A stretch of 64,000 nucleotides of DNA from a virus (IMGVR_UViG_3300035498_000319:29314-93313); one strand, 5' to 3'. Positions 9,375 through 20,179 are shown, counted from the stretch's first letter. The notes: generated from the sequence alone by a model not told the origin. Numbers and translations: made by a program.

Positions 9375-10733
9375 TTAATATGCATATCTCTTATAATTCT
9401 CTTTTGCTCTCTCAACATTCTTATCATATTCATCTTCCATACCATGAGAAAAGATATCTCGAATATCGCCATTAAATACTTTAAGAAAAGCTCTGTCCAA
9501 TCCATTGGAGAAGAAGAATCCGTCATCTTCAAGTTTTACATAGGCATCAAGCAATTCTCCGATTGCTTTAAGTTCTTTATTAAGTTCTTTTTTCATCTCT
9601 GGATTCAAATTTCCCTTTTGTAATTCTCTTTGGATATAATCGTACTGTTTCTTAATTCTAGTACAAGCATTCGGATGAGGTTCAAATATATTTATAATAA
9701 TCTTAGAAGGAATCATCAAAAGATCAAAATAATTTCCGACAAAAGACCCTCCGTCTCGGTAGAGCTGTACTCCTATGTGTCCTCCTGAGTTGTGCTTCAA
9801 CTTATATAGAATAGATGCTAATTCAATCCCATAGCCGAAAGAAGTTACAAACATATCGGAACTTGCTTCTTCTCTATATCCGATAGGCATAAAAACAACA
9901 TTTATCAGATTATTAAGGTTAAGCTTACTTGCAACTTGAGAAGGAATGGAAGCGATTACAGAAGTTGGATTAATTAATGCTAAAAAATTAGTTATAATAA
10001 TCTGACCCTGTAAAAATGCTCCGATTACTACCTTGACAAAATTCGATATACAAGAGAATGCATCTACAAAGAAAGATAAATTCTTTTCAATCGAATTCTT
10101 AATATCAATATAGAAATTTCTATAAAAACCGGTCTGAGGCAAAAGGAGTGCAGGGGTTAAACAAAGCATAAGTATCTGTCTAATTCTGGCTAGTACCATA
10201 CCGGATTGAGTTGTTGCACTAAAGAAATTACGGCCAACTTCATGCAGCAATAGAGCTGTTACTTCAGCATCTGTATAATCTGGATAGAAGAATAACCCCT
10301 TAGTCACATAGACATACAGCATTACGTTTGCGTCTCTAGTATATCGGATTCCTTTACCGTTTTTAGAAATCATATACTTTTGCATATCTTTAAAATTTGT
10401 AACATGATTTGAAATAGGATATGAGAAAATGTTATGATCTCCGCGCATATCCATATCAAAGCTACAAGATGTAAAACCGAAGGCATCACAAAGCGCTTGT
10501 TCTATATCTCTTGCTTCCTGCGAAGCAACGAATCTATGAGGCTTAGTCATATACGCTTTTCTGGCAGCCCCGATACATCTTTCGATGTTCTTCACTTCAG
10601 GAGTCTTACCATAATAAGCCTCGTTAATCATGGTAAGAATCTTTTGTTCCATAATAGCAGCTTCATTAATTTCCATAAAAGGATCTGGGCCAGAAGTTTT
10701 ACTTTCAGCCAGACCCATCATTTCTAAATACAT
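9375..10733 (-). CDS. M48-like zinc metalloprotease-fold protein with degenerate HExxH (HEVGR)
   Basis: ALLLHEVGRN, hydrophobic helices, EEASSD..GYG..LAS.LYKL and HP...RI, the M48 motif order. Confidence 0.55.
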   Translation of the reverse strand: MYLEMMGLAESKTSGPDPFMEINEAAIMEQKILTMINEAYYGKTPEVKNIERCIGAARKAYMTKPHRFVASQEARDIEQALCDAFGFTSCSFDMDMRGDHNIFSYPISNHVTNFKDMQKYMISKNGKGIRYTRDANVMLYVYVTKGLFFYPDYTDAEVTALLLHEVGRNFFSATTQSGMVLARIRQILMLCLTPALLLPQTGFYRNFYIDIKNSIEKNLSFFVDAFSCISNFVKVVIGAFLQGQIIITNFLALINPTSVIASIPSQVASKLNLNNLINVVFMPIGYREEASSDMFVTSFGYGIELASILYKLKHNSGGHIGVQLYRDGGSFVGNYFDLLMIPSKIIINIFEPHPNACTRIKKQYDYIQRELQKGNLNPEMKKELNKELKAIGELLDAYVKLEDDGFFFSNGLDRAFLKVFNGDIRDIFSHGMEDEYDKNVERAKENYKRYAY

Positions 10734-10837
10734 TATAATGCCTCCTTATAAGTAAAGTCATTATTAATATGTGAAATATCGTTAAGTTACTAAAGCCTTA
10801 ACCAGATAATAATTTACTTTAAAAGGAGGAAACTACA

Positions 10838-11161
10838 ATGGAATGCGCTTATTGCCGGAAGCCCGAAACAGTTCAAGCATGGAGACTCAAATTTACTAAG
10901 TATTCTGAAATTCCTAATTTCATACGAGAAGCTATGAAAGATAAGACAATTCATATTACTTATTATAATGAAGATGAGTCTTCTAATAAGATCACACTGT
11001 CTGAAGGCAATAATATCATAGCATACGTCCATACACCAGATGGTGCTGTTCTTAGAGCTACTAATAAAGATTACATTATTAGATATAAGAATGGCAGTTT
11101 TACGGTAGAGAACTGGGAGTTATTTGAGAGATCGTATATGAAGACGGAGGAGGGTAATTAA
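10838..11161 (+). CDS. conserved phage hypothetical protein (PGDYG-like)
   Basis: K...VQA ... T.DG...A...DYII...G.F......F..SY pattern. Confidence 0.55.
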   Translation: MECAYCRKPETVQAWRLKFTKYSEIPNFIREAMKDKTIHITYYNEDESSNKITLSEGNNIIAYVHTPDGAVLRATNKDYIIRYKNGSFTVENWELFERSYMKTEEGN

Positions 11162-11165
11162 ATTT

Positions 11166-12974
11166 ATGCGACATATTGAAATCAACCAAAAGGATCTTAA
11201 GAATTATAAGTTGGGAAATCTCCCCCCTTATCAATATATGCCTAATCCTGTAGCAAATCATACTCAGGATTGGACTATTACAAGAGTGAGTATTATCATT
11301 CCCGCATTTAATGCATTTGATACTATTTCTCAGACTCTTATGAGTATTGCTATGCAAGAGAATATTCATGAGATTGAAACAATTATTGTAGACGATTGTT
11401 CTACAGAAGGAACTTATGATGAGATTGCTGAGATCTTCTCTAAGTTTATGAAGATTAAAGTAATTCGTCTTGAAAAGGGTCTTGGGCCTGGCGGCGCTCG
11501 TCAGGTTGGATTCGATCATGCAGTTGGATTATGTCTTACTGCTATTGATGCGGATGACTGTTTCTGTCGTCCTGATGCAATCTCTATGCTTGAGAGATGC
11601 ATGTTTGAAAAGGATCAAGACTGTGTTATTGGCCAATTCTTAGAGCAGAATGAAGATGGTATGCTACATCCTCATAATGCCGAGATGGTTTGGGTATTTT
11701 GTCACGCTTATTCTAAGGCATTTCTAGATAAATATGGCATTAGAATGAATGTTTCTCATTCTAATGAAGATACTGGATTTAATAGATTAATCGCAGGACT
11801 CACTAACCGTATTTGGTTTTTAGGAGATTATTCTGGTCTTTATATGTGGAGACATAAGAATACTTCTATCACTCGTTTCAATAACGGTATGTATGGAGGT
11901 GGCAGCGGCGAAACAGGATACTTGGGCAATATGATGTGGCAAATTGATCATCTTAAACGCCGCTATGTAAACTCCAATTATATTCTTAGAGAAATTCTGA
12001 TGGTAATGTTTAATTGCTATTGGTTCTTCTCTCAAAATCAGTATCAATGGCCTCTTCAGAGTGATAAAGAATTGAATCGAATGAGATTCTATTACTGGAA
12101 TTACTATGAGCCCATTAAAGATAAAATTGAACCAGAAGTATTCAAGCAGCTTTATATTGAATCTGCTAATGGAAGAAATATTGAGCAGCAGGGTTGTATT
12201 CCTAAGATGACTATTTATCAATTCTTGGATAAACTTGCTGAGAAGCAATATGAAATCAATGCAGATGATGATGTAGATGGATCTGAGCCAATTCATCTGA
12301 TGTATGAAGATACACCAGATGATGTACCGGTAACGGTTTCCGATTATACAAATAATATCTGTGAATTCTTTAGCAATAGAAATAATAACACTAATCTTGC
12401 TCGTATGGATACGATGGATAGACTTATTGCTGAAGAGCAGTCTCATAAGTTTAAAGATCTTCGTACTGTAAAGAATGATCCTACTTATGATAAAGATGGT
12501 AAGAAGATCAATAATAAAGAAAAAATAGAGGATAAAGATATAAAAAATATTAAGGAAGAGAATTTTGGAGGCTATACTGTATGGATGGAAAACTATGATT
12601 GGAGCGTAAAAGCGACAGTCTATGAAAGAAAACCTAAATTCCATCCTGACATGAAGGTATATAATGAAACTCGGTATGGATGTACTATCGAGCCTATTAA
12701 TTCTACAACCACACTCACAGAGATTAAGAATGATCCGGACATTGTTAGCTTTACAGATTTACCTGAGCCTAGTTATAGGCATTTAGTATATGAGAATACG
12801 AATGAAGGTCTGAAGATTACAGTATATAATGGCGTGAAGCCTCACTTCAATGATAATGTAGATATCGTAAACGAGAGTGACTACGTCACCACAATTTCTC
12901 GAAAGGCATCAAAGAAAGTACTGAAAGATTATGATGCTAAGTATAATCTTAAGGATGATACTAAGACTGAATAA
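11166..12974 (+). CDS. glycosyltransferase family 2 with C-terminal extension
   Basis: VSIIIPAFN, IIVDDCST, G.GGARQ.G, DADD and ED motifs. Confidence 0.88.
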   Translation: MRHIEINQKDLKNYKLGNLPPYQYMPNPVANHTQDWTITRVSIIIPAFNAFDTISQTLMSIAMQENIHEIETIIVDDCSTEGTYDEIAEIFSKFMKIKVIRLEKGLGPGGARQVGFDHAVGLCLTAIDADDCFCRPDAISMLERCMFEKDQDCVIGQFLEQNEDGMLHPHNAEMVWVFCHAYSKAFLDKYGIRMNVSHSNEDTGFNRLIAGLTNRIWFLGDYSGLYMWRHKNTSITRFNNGMYGGGSGETGYLGNMMWQIDHLKRRYVNSNYILREILMVMFNCYWFFSQNQYQWPLQSDKELNRMRFYYWNYYEPIKDKIEPEVFKQLYIESANGRNIEQQGCIPKMTIYQFLDKLAEKQYEINADDDVDGSEPIHLMYEDTPDDVPVTVSDYTNNICEFFSNRNNNTNLARMDTMDRLIAEEQSHKFKDLRTVKNDPTYDKDGKKINNKEKIEDKDIKNIKEENFGGYTVWMENYDWSVKATVYERKPKFHPDMKVYNETRYGCTIEPINSTTTLTEIKNDPDIVSFTDLPEPSYRHLVYENTNEGLKITVYNGVKPHFNDNVDIVNESDYVTTISRKASKKVLKDYDAKYNLKDDTKTE

Positions 12975-13035
12975 GGCTTTTGGTAATTTATTAAATCTGC
13001 AACCATTAGTTAATTGAGAAAGGTGGCGAAACTTA

Positions 13036-13932
13036 TTGAGTAGTAATAAAATTCTATTTTCGATTCCTGATTTCTATTCTTATTATAATCTCAATATGTC
13101 CCTCCTCAAGTTGATGAGCGAAGAACCAGAGAAATTTTATGAAGATGTAGTCATTGATTCAGTATATGGCTCCTTCCCTGGATGTATCTGGAATTCGGGC
13201 AGAGCTGCTTGTGGATGGGCCAATATTGAGAATATCATCGGCACTGTTGCTGCTTTTAATAAATTGGGAATCTCTGTTCGTTATACATTCACCAATTCAC
13301 AAATTACTGGCAGACATCTGTATGATTATTATTGCAATACCATTTGTCAGGCTACCGGGCATATTCTCGATAACGTACAGAATGGTATCAATGTAAATCA
13401 ACCTGTCTTGGCCAAGTACTTAGAAGAAAACTATCCTGGTTTCTATCTGCTGTGGTCTACTACTAAGGGAGTAGACTCTGTGGAAGAAACAAATGAATTA
13501 TCTAAGGATCGTATTACCGTACTCTATTATGGTATGAATAATACTACCGCCTTAGATAAACTGGAACATCCTGAGAATATTGAAATTCTCGTAAGTGAAG
13601 CCTGTATCGAAAGATGTCCTAAGAGAGCAGAGCATTATAAAAGTATTGAAAAACTCCAACTGCTTGAGCCCTCTGAGGAATTTAGGTGTCCTTATGGATG
13701 TGAGCAATACTACTATTACGATACTCCGGTTAAAAGAGATCATTATGTCTCTATAGATGATATCAGAGATCTCTATCTTCCTAGAGGAATTAATAAATTC
13801 AAGATCAGTGGAAGACAAGATAATGCTGTAAATCTTATAGAGAACTATGTGAATTACTTTGTCAAACCTGAGTATAGAGATAGTGTAAGAAACAAGTTAC
13901 TCATAAACAATCTGATAAGAAATAACATGTAA
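13036..13932 (+). CDS. peptidase U32-like (putative Fe-S) protein
   Basis: EILVSEAC...C..R..H, a further C..GC, and GINKFKISGR resembling the U32 KIEGR motif. Confidence 0.6.
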   Translation: MSSNKILFSIPDFYSYYNLNMSLLKLMSEEPEKFYEDVVIDSVYGSFPGCIWNSGRAACGWANIENIIGTVAAFNKLGISVRYTFTNSQITGRHLYDYYCNTICQATGHILDNVQNGINVNQPVLAKYLEENYPGFYLLWSTTKGVDSVEETNELSKDRITVLYYGMNNTTALDKLEHPENIEILVSEACIERCPKRAEHYKSIEKLQLLEPSEEFRCPYGCEQYYYYDTPVKRDHYVSIDDIRDLYLPRGINKFKISGRQDNAVNLIENYVNYFVKPEYRDSVRNKLLINNLIRNNM

Positions 13933-13981
13933 AAGGTATACCTTTTACCAAACAATATTTATATTTAAAGGAGCGTTATTT

Positions 13982-14290
13982 ATGGGCTGGAACAATTATA
14001 ACGACCGAGGATATAATAATCGTGGTTACAACAACAATCGCGGATATAATGACCGAGGTTACAATGATCGTGGATACGACCGTGGATATAATGATCGAGG
14101 CGGTCGTAATTATAACAACGCCGATAACTTCAATTTCTCTATCGGCGAAATTGTTCGTCTGAAGCAGGACCCCAATGTGACTGTAACAGTAATTCGTTAT
14201 GGCCATGAGCAGTTGGAGTGCCGTCTTCCTAACTTTAATACCGCCTGGTTCTATGAGTACGAACTTGAAGCCATTCCGGACAATGGCTAA
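13982..14290 (+). CDS. protein with YNDRG repeats and a YodC/DUF2158-like small beta domain
   Basis: About 7 Y[ND]xRG units followed by FSIGEIVRLK....VTV....C.....WF...EL. Confidence 0.7.
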   Translation: MGWNNYNDRGYNNRGYNNNRGYNDRGYNDRGYDRGYNDRGGRNYNNADNFNFSIGEIVRLKQDPNVTVTVIRYGHEQLECRLPNFNTAWFYEYELEAIPDNG

Positions 14291-14330
14291 TACTTAAAAG
14301 AAGAGAGGAGAAATCTCCTCTCTTCTATTT

Positions 14331-14717
14331 TTATACCGGATTCCATCCTCCAGGATTACATCCACAGCCGCAGTTAGTTCCACTATTCGTAGCATTACTT
14401 CCAGCTTGGTCAATATCCCATTGTGTAAACGTATCTTCATACACTTCTTGAATAAGATTTACCAAGTATGTATAAGACAATTCCTTAGGGACTTCCAACC
14501 AATATGCAGGAAGATGAATTACTACTCCAGTGTATTGTACAGGAGTAATAGTCGGATCTTCATTTGTATGGCTATTACAGTTAAAGATAAAACAAATCGT
14601 ATACTTCTTTACATTATCTTTCAAAGAAAAAGGAATATACTTTGTACGATCGATATCTGTACAAGTCTTCTCTGCTAAGAATGAATCCAACTTCTTTAAT
14701 TCATTATTACTAAGCAT
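14331..14717 (-). CDS. hypothetical protein (late operon)
   Basis: Co-oriented with two upstream genes; Cys-rich end. Confidence 0.65.
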   Translation of the reverse strand: MLSNNELKKLDSFLAEKTCTDIDRTKYIPFSLKDNVKKYTICFIFNCNSHTNEDPTITPVQYTGVVIHLPAYWLEVPKELSYTYLVNLIQEVYEDTFTQWDIDQAGSNATNSGTNCGCGCNPGGWNPV

Positions 14718-14723
14718 TTCTCA

Positions 14724-17069
14724 TCACTTCCAATCTCTCTCAATATCATTGATATTATCAGTTTCATTTGCATCATTAACAGCAAGCAGAGCATTTCCAT
14801 CTGCATCATAGCCGTCAATAAGAGAATCATCGACATCTTGATAATCATATACAAATGCCTTAGTAGTATCTACTCCAGCATTCATAACATACTTCTGTCT
14901 AATGAGCTCAAGCATAAGAGATCTGATAGAAATATTTCCTTCACTATAATCTGTCTCGGTATTCGTAATAGTAGTATTATCAATACCAAGCAGGCCACAA
15001 AGTTCTTCAGTACTATAGTTAGACATAACTTGATCCCATTCAGAAGTAGTATTACCGAAGGGAACAGCCAGTTCTTCTATGTCATCAATAAACTTCGTGA
15101 TACATATAGTCTTAGTAGTTTCTATATCAGTATTAAACTTGATATGAGTGGAATCTATATTAGAAATCCATGACATCGGAATCTTTTTACCATTAGCCCA
15201 TACCAAATAAAGAGACTTATCCAATGAATAAGAGATATCGGACTTATCCACTGTTACAGTTCCATCTTCATTCAGTTCAGGATCGAGTATAACATCTTTA
15301 AGCAAAGAAGGTGTATAGATTACATCTACTCTATCTCCTTCGCTTACAATATTAGTCAGAAATAACTCAAATCTATAGAAAGGCGTAGTAGATCTTACAG
15401 GTAAGCAAAGTCTGTATTGATCTGTACCTAAGCGTCTACCATTATAGAATACCATATAGCGTGAGTAATCATTGCAATACATAAACTTAGTACCAAGATC
15501 TACGCTATAGGAATCTGTTCCATCTTCATTTTGAGTAACATCGAACCAATAATGATGATATTGATTCTTATATGTCATCTTTAATGTCTTTCCATAATAT
15601 CTCTCATCAGAGAGAATGATCTTAACCTCTCCATCTTCATTATAGTCCAGAGTATATTCCACAGGGAAATGTTGTAGACCATCTTCAGGGAAAGTAAAGT
15701 CATTCGTAGGAGGAATAGTAGAGAACAGCACCATACTATCATTGATATAGTCTGTATCATACTTTCCATATGGATCATTCTTATTGATTACAGTATCAAA
15801 AGTATTATTATTGATATCTGTAAATCTCAAGAACTCTATTCTATCTTCAGCATTAATATTCTGAATAGGAATAATACAATAGTCTGCAAAATACTTAATC
15901 ATGTAATAGAATTCATACAGAACTCCATTTACAAGCATGATAATATATTCTACAGAAAATCTACCATGTCTACGGCCAATTTTTAGAGTACCATCTTCCA
16001 TAACGGCATCTAGTACTTCTTGACCAGACATCTCTTCTACGGTAAGAGTCTTATCTGTTTCTGAATAGGTTTGACTAAATAAGAAAGGATTATACTTGGT
16101 AATGTAGTCGATTGTCTCATCTACATTCTCTTGATATAATTTCTTTCTACTCATATTGAAATCAAACTCATTTAAGAGCTTTTCAATGTTATCGTCTTTC
16201 GGAAATCCATTATACTTATACGAAAGATAGTCTGAGAAATAACCGACATTGGTTCTAGATACATTGTCTTTCGTACCATTAGAACGGATATTTCTGTATA
16301 CATTGAATCTAATAGTATCTCTACTGTAGTTTGTTCCATCTCCAATAGTGATATATGTAGAATCAAAATGAATCTCAGTATCCGTATCTAATTCCGAATT
16401 TCTAAATAAGAGTACATTTTCTGGATAGTATTTAACGGTCGGATCATCATTGATTTTAAATCCTGCTACTTCTCTAGTAGTAGAATAGTTTACGAACTCA
16501 AGAGCAGCAGATTCATCAAGAATAGAGTATTGGCAATTCTCTACATTGGTGAGTAATCCATACTCATCAAACCCCAACATCTTATTCTCTTTAGCCCCAA
16601 TAGGCTGTCCATAATATCTACATCCATCTGGAAGCCTTACTGTATTAATTCTATCTACATTCTGAATCTGATAAATCCAGAAATCATTATTAGCTTCTAT
16701 TACAAGAAAATAATTCTCATTGCTTAAGATTACTCTAATCATAGACCAAGGAACAAATCTACCATTGATAAATAATAAGAATGGATAGATAACTCCTTCA
16801 TTGACTAGAACTTCTAATCTATCATCTACTACATTATATTCGATATACTTTCTAACATCCATAGGTCTAAGATACATATATCGGCATCTATATCCAACTT
16901 CAATATTCGGATTAAGAATAGTTCTATTTCCATTATAGATATATTCCATAGTCCGACATTCAATGAAGTTATCATCTCTTATGGGAGTAAGAGCAGTCTG
17001 TTGGTATTTCAGACTGGTTCTTGTATTACTCTTAAGAGCAGTAATAGTATCAAGTACAACTTGGTTCAT
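14724..17069 (-). CDS. probable virion structural protein (beta-rich repeats)
   Basis: 781 aa acidic protein with repeated [LF]xNG motifs; late operon. Confidence 0.55.
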   Translation of the reverse strand: MNQVVLDTITALKSNTRTSLKYQQTALTPIRDDNFIECRTMEYIYNGNRTILNPNIEVGYRCRYMYLRPMDVRKYIEYNVVDDRLEVLVNEGVIYPFLLFINGRFVPWSMIRVILSNENYFLVIEANNDFWIYQIQNVDRINTVRLPDGCRYYGQPIGAKENKMLGFDEYGLLTNVENCQYSILDESAALEFVNYSTTREVAGFKINDDPTVKYYPENVLLFRNSELDTDTEIHFDSTYITIGDGTNYSRDTIRFNVYRNIRSNGTKDNVSRTNVGYFSDYLSYKYNGFPKDDNIEKLLNEFDFNMSRKKLYQENVDETIDYITKYNPFLFSQTYSETDKTLTVEEMSGQEVLDAVMEDGTLKIGRRHGRFSVEYIIMLVNGVLYEFYYMIKYFADYCIIPIQNINAEDRIEFLRFTDINNNTFDTVINKNDPYGKYDTDYINDSMVLFSTIPPTNDFTFPEDGLQHFPVEYTLDYNEDGEVKIILSDERYYGKTLKMTYKNQYHHYWFDVTQNEDGTDSYSVDLGTKFMYCNDYSRYMVFYNGRRLGTDQYRLCLPVRSTTPFYRFELFLTNIVSEGDRVDVIYTPSLLKDVILDPELNEDGTVTVDKSDISYSLDKSLYLVWANGKKIPMSWISNIDSTHIKFNTDIETTKTICITKFIDDIEELAVPFGNTTSEWDQVMSNYSTEELCGLLGIDNTTITNTETDYSEGNISIRSLMLELIRQKYVMNAGVDTTKAFVYDYQDVDDSLIDGYDADGNALLAVNDANETDNINDIERDWK

Positions 17070-18016
17070 ACAGACTCAGCTCCAATCGCAAGAATCTGTT
17101 TTGTAAATTCAACCATGGATTGCCCTGCAATCTTCTCAATAGTCTTCTGATTGTTAATGTAAGCTCCTACATAAGCATCAGTTAGCATACTAGAGAAAGA
17201 GGGGAACAGTTCCAAGGAGAATATAGTACCAGTTCCATAGATATACATCCATCTCTCGATTACATTATCGAGGGACATTTTATTCAGATGAAGAATATCA
17301 GATACATTATCTACAAAGAACTTGATATTCAGATAAGCATCTCTCTTAGTCTGGAGATCAATAATCTCTGCTTCTCTCTCAGAGATATCAGCAGTCTTTC
17401 TTGCAATACTCTTAGTAGCCTCAGAGTTCTGATCCATACCAATGATATTTACAAGATAATAGGTTGCAGCCATATAGTTAGACTTGTTTTTAGAACCAGA
17501 GATAGTAGATATCTTGCAGAGATAATCTACAATATGACTAAACAGCTCAGCAAATGCTTTAGCTCCAATACTTCTAATCTTTGCATTGTTTACCAATCTA
17601 TCAGTTCCCTTAGGAGCATAATAGATATAGGTAGTCATGGCACTTACCAGATAAGAGATAAAGATGTCGATATTATTTCTATTGCAGATATATTTACCCG
17701 CATTTTCATCCATAGTAATGATACCGGATACATCTATGAATACTCTAAGGTCTTTATTATACTTAATATCCTTGGCACAAAAAACTTTGAAAGCCTTGCT
17801 CAAAGGCTTTGGATTAGTCATAAGAACTACATTGGGAGATTTAAGGACCTTAATAATAGCCGGACTAATTTGTCTCTTCTTTACTTCGTACACAATATCT
17901 TCAAACTCAGGAAGGTTCTGATCAATTCTCTCGGCCTTCATGATAAAATTAATTGTTTCTTTCTCGTATTGATCGTACTTGCTATAGAGATAAGTACTAG
18001 CAAAAGTCTTAGCCAT
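17066..18016 (-). CDS. hypothetical protein, probable virion component
   Basis: GAGGAGGT RBS; AACA-N6-TA at 18044-18055. Confidence 0.6.
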   Translation of the reverse strand: MAKTFASTYLYSKYDQYEKETINFIMKAERIDQNLPEFEDIVYEVKKRQISPAIIKVLKSPNVVLMTNPKPLSKAFKVFCAKDIKYNKDLRVFIDVSGIITMDENAGKYICNRNNIDIFISYLVSAMTTYIYYAPKGTDRLVNNAKIRSIGAKAFAELFSHIVDYLCKISTISGSKNKSNYMAATYYLVNIIGMDQNSEATKSIARKTADISEREAEIIDLQTKRDAYLNIKFFVDNVSDILHLNKMSLDNVIERWMYIYGTGTIFSLELFPSFSSMLTDAYVGAYINNQKTIEKIAGQSMVEFTKQILAIGAESV

Positions 18017-18119
18017 CGTTTAACGACCTCCTCTATAAAATTTTACTGTAATGTTCCGCCTGGTTAATTCAATAGACTGGATCACACATAATATTAATAC
18101 TTAAGAAGAAGGTGCGTAT

Positions 18120-18458
18120 ATGGAAGAAATGATAAGGAAAGGCCAAACATTATTCATCGTAATAGCAGCAATGCTTTTATTTGCGGGGGTTATTCATACT
18201 AAATCAGAAACGCCAAATAAACTTGCGAATATTATTAAGGGTAAGAAGAAAGAGCGTATTCCTATAATCAGTAAAACAGTAGTTCTAACAGATGACTTAA
18301 ATGCTGTTGACCACAATGATGGAGACATCATAATTGTAACTGGCGGAAAAAAGCCATTATATTACTTAAGCTATCATCATGAGTTTCATGAATTAAGTGA
18401 AGAAATCATTACTGAAACTGAAAAGTTTTATAATGTCAAAATTAAGGACTGGGCTTAA
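18120..18458 (+). CDS. hypothetical protein with N-terminal TM/signal segment
   Basis: LFIVIAAMLLFAGVI. Confidence 0.65.
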   Translation: MEEMIRKGQTLFIVIAAMLLFAGVIHTKSETPNKLANIIKGKKKERIPIISKTVVLTDDLNAVDHNDGDIIIVTGGKKPLYYLSYHHEFHELSEEIITETEKFYNVKIKDWA

Positions 18459-18552
18459 GCCCAGTCTTTTGTTTTTTATCATTACCGGAACAGCCCAATA
18501 ATTTATTTGGCTATATATTATAAAGATATAAACACACAAGGAGGAGAATTAT

Positions 18553-19059
18553 ATGTATTACGGAGACCCTTCTAAGAAATCATTGTTAGAAGGAATGATG
18601 ATGAGAAAAGGATTAACCAGAAACGACTTTGTTGCTCTATTTGGTTTTCCTGGAGATGTGATTGGTTGGGATTTACTCCAACCCATTACAAGCATATACT
18701 TGGACGGTGTAGCAGAAGAGCTTCATCATAATAGTCAATGGAGAGTTGGAGAAGTATATGAATGTGAGCATGAGATAGATAATGATACTACAGTTATACT
18801 AAAAAGAAATGATGGCAATAATGCAGATCTTATGGTATCTTATGGAAAGAAGATATGCGTAAAGTTAATATATATTTATAACACAGAAAGCTTTACAAGT
18901 ATCGGAATTATTTATGACCCAGATGGAATTAAACCTGGTAAAGTAGTTATAGGCAATAGCTTTAGTGCCATGGATATGGATGTAAAATCATTTGAAGCTA
19001 TAAAGAAATTCCTGATAGATATTATCTGGAATGAATATACAAGAAGGCAAAAAGGATGA
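18553..19059 (+). CDS. hypothetical protein
   Basis: Early motif and RBS. Confidence 0.7.
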   Translation: MYYGDPSKKSLLEGMMMRKGLTRNDFVALFGFPGDVIGWDLLQPITSIYLDGVAEELHHNSQWRVGEVYECEHEIDNDTTVILKRNDGNNADLMVSYGKKICVKLIYIYNTESFTSIGIIYDPDGIKPGKVVIGNSFSAMDMDVKSFEAIKKFLIDIIWNEYTRRQKG

Positions 19060-19502
19060 TAGAAATGGTATTTGATATTATAGAGGCTTATAAGAAATAT
19101 CATAAGTATCCGAGATTTATAAGATGGCTACTTATGAGAAAATATAAGAAGAAAGCTTTGCAAATCATCGAAAGCCCTATATATAGTAGGGATGATTTGC
19201 ATGACATTATATGGACAATGGTTACTGTGAAAGAAACCATTGGAGATACATTCCTTACTCCAGAATTGGATGTATCCTATAAGAATGGAATTGCAAGATT
19301 CAATTATAGGATGAGTCCTATATGGTTTGGTAGATTTGAAATAAATGTAAGAGTGCTAGATAGAATCCATGTAGAGATAAACTCTGGAACGATTGGTCGG
19401 GGACTTGAAATGGATTCTATAGGCGATGGATCGGCAACTATAGCTAAACGAGCAAAAGAAATGATTGAGCTGGTTGCTAAAGAATGCATCAGATCTATTT
19501 AA
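19056..19502 (+). CDS. hypothetical protein
   Basis: ATGA overlap with the upstream gene. Confidence 0.7.
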   Translation: MIEMVFDIIEAYKKYHKYPRFIRWLLMRKYKKKALQIIESPIYSRDDLHDIIWTMVTVKETIGDTFLTPELDVSYKNGIARFNYRMSPIWFGRFEINVRVLDRIHVEINSGTIGRGLEMDSIGDGSATIAKRAKEMIELVAKECIRSI

Positions 19503-19520
19503 GAAAAGAGGTAAGAGAGT

Positions 19521-20072
19521 ATGCCCGATAAAACTATGTCTAATCTGTTTATAGATAGACTTAATGATATCTATATCCCGGAGAAACATACTATACGCAA
19601 TCATATTAAGGCTTATAAGTCTAGAGAAAGATATGATGCGTTTATAGACACGATCATGCATGGATCGCCAGATTTAAATCTTCTATGGCAATTTGCAGAT
19701 TTTATTAAATTGAGTGAGCGTATCTATGGATATGATAACTCCAGTAAGAATAAAGTCTTCTCTTCTTATAAGTATTCGGAAGGAGAGAATGGTTTTAAAC
19801 TTACTACAGAGACCTGCACTATTGTCATAAAACTTTTTGAGAAAGACAATGCTGTTGGTATTGACATAGAGAATACCCATGGCAGTAAATTAAAGTCTAA
19901 CTTCTATTTTGAGGATATGAGCTGGACTACCAATCCAACAGTATATGACGAACTTCAATTAGACCATATCATAGATATTGTCAATCAAAGTATGGTATCT
20001 ATGTTTAATGAGGTTATCAAATTAAGGTTTGGCTTCAGATACGAAGAAATTGAGCATGTTACATACCTTTAG
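19521..20072 (+). CDS. hypothetical protein
   Basis: 183 aa; GAGGT RBS. Confidence 0.7.
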   Translation: MPDKTMSNLFIDRLNDIYIPEKHTIRNHIKAYKSRERYDAFIDTIMHGSPDLNLLWQFADFIKLSERIYGYDNSSKNKVFSSYKYSEGENGFKLTTETCTIVIKLFEKDNAVGIDIENTHGSKLKSNFYFEDMSWTTNPTVYDELQLDHIIDIVNQSMVSMFNEVIKLRFGFRYEEIEHVTYL

Positions 20073-20179
20073 TTGGTTGGTAAAATAGCTGTAACAAAAC
20101 TATAAATCAAAACGTGCTATTTTTAGGACTTAGGATAAATGTCCTAAGTCCTAAATCTATTTGGAGAGGTGAAATTAAA

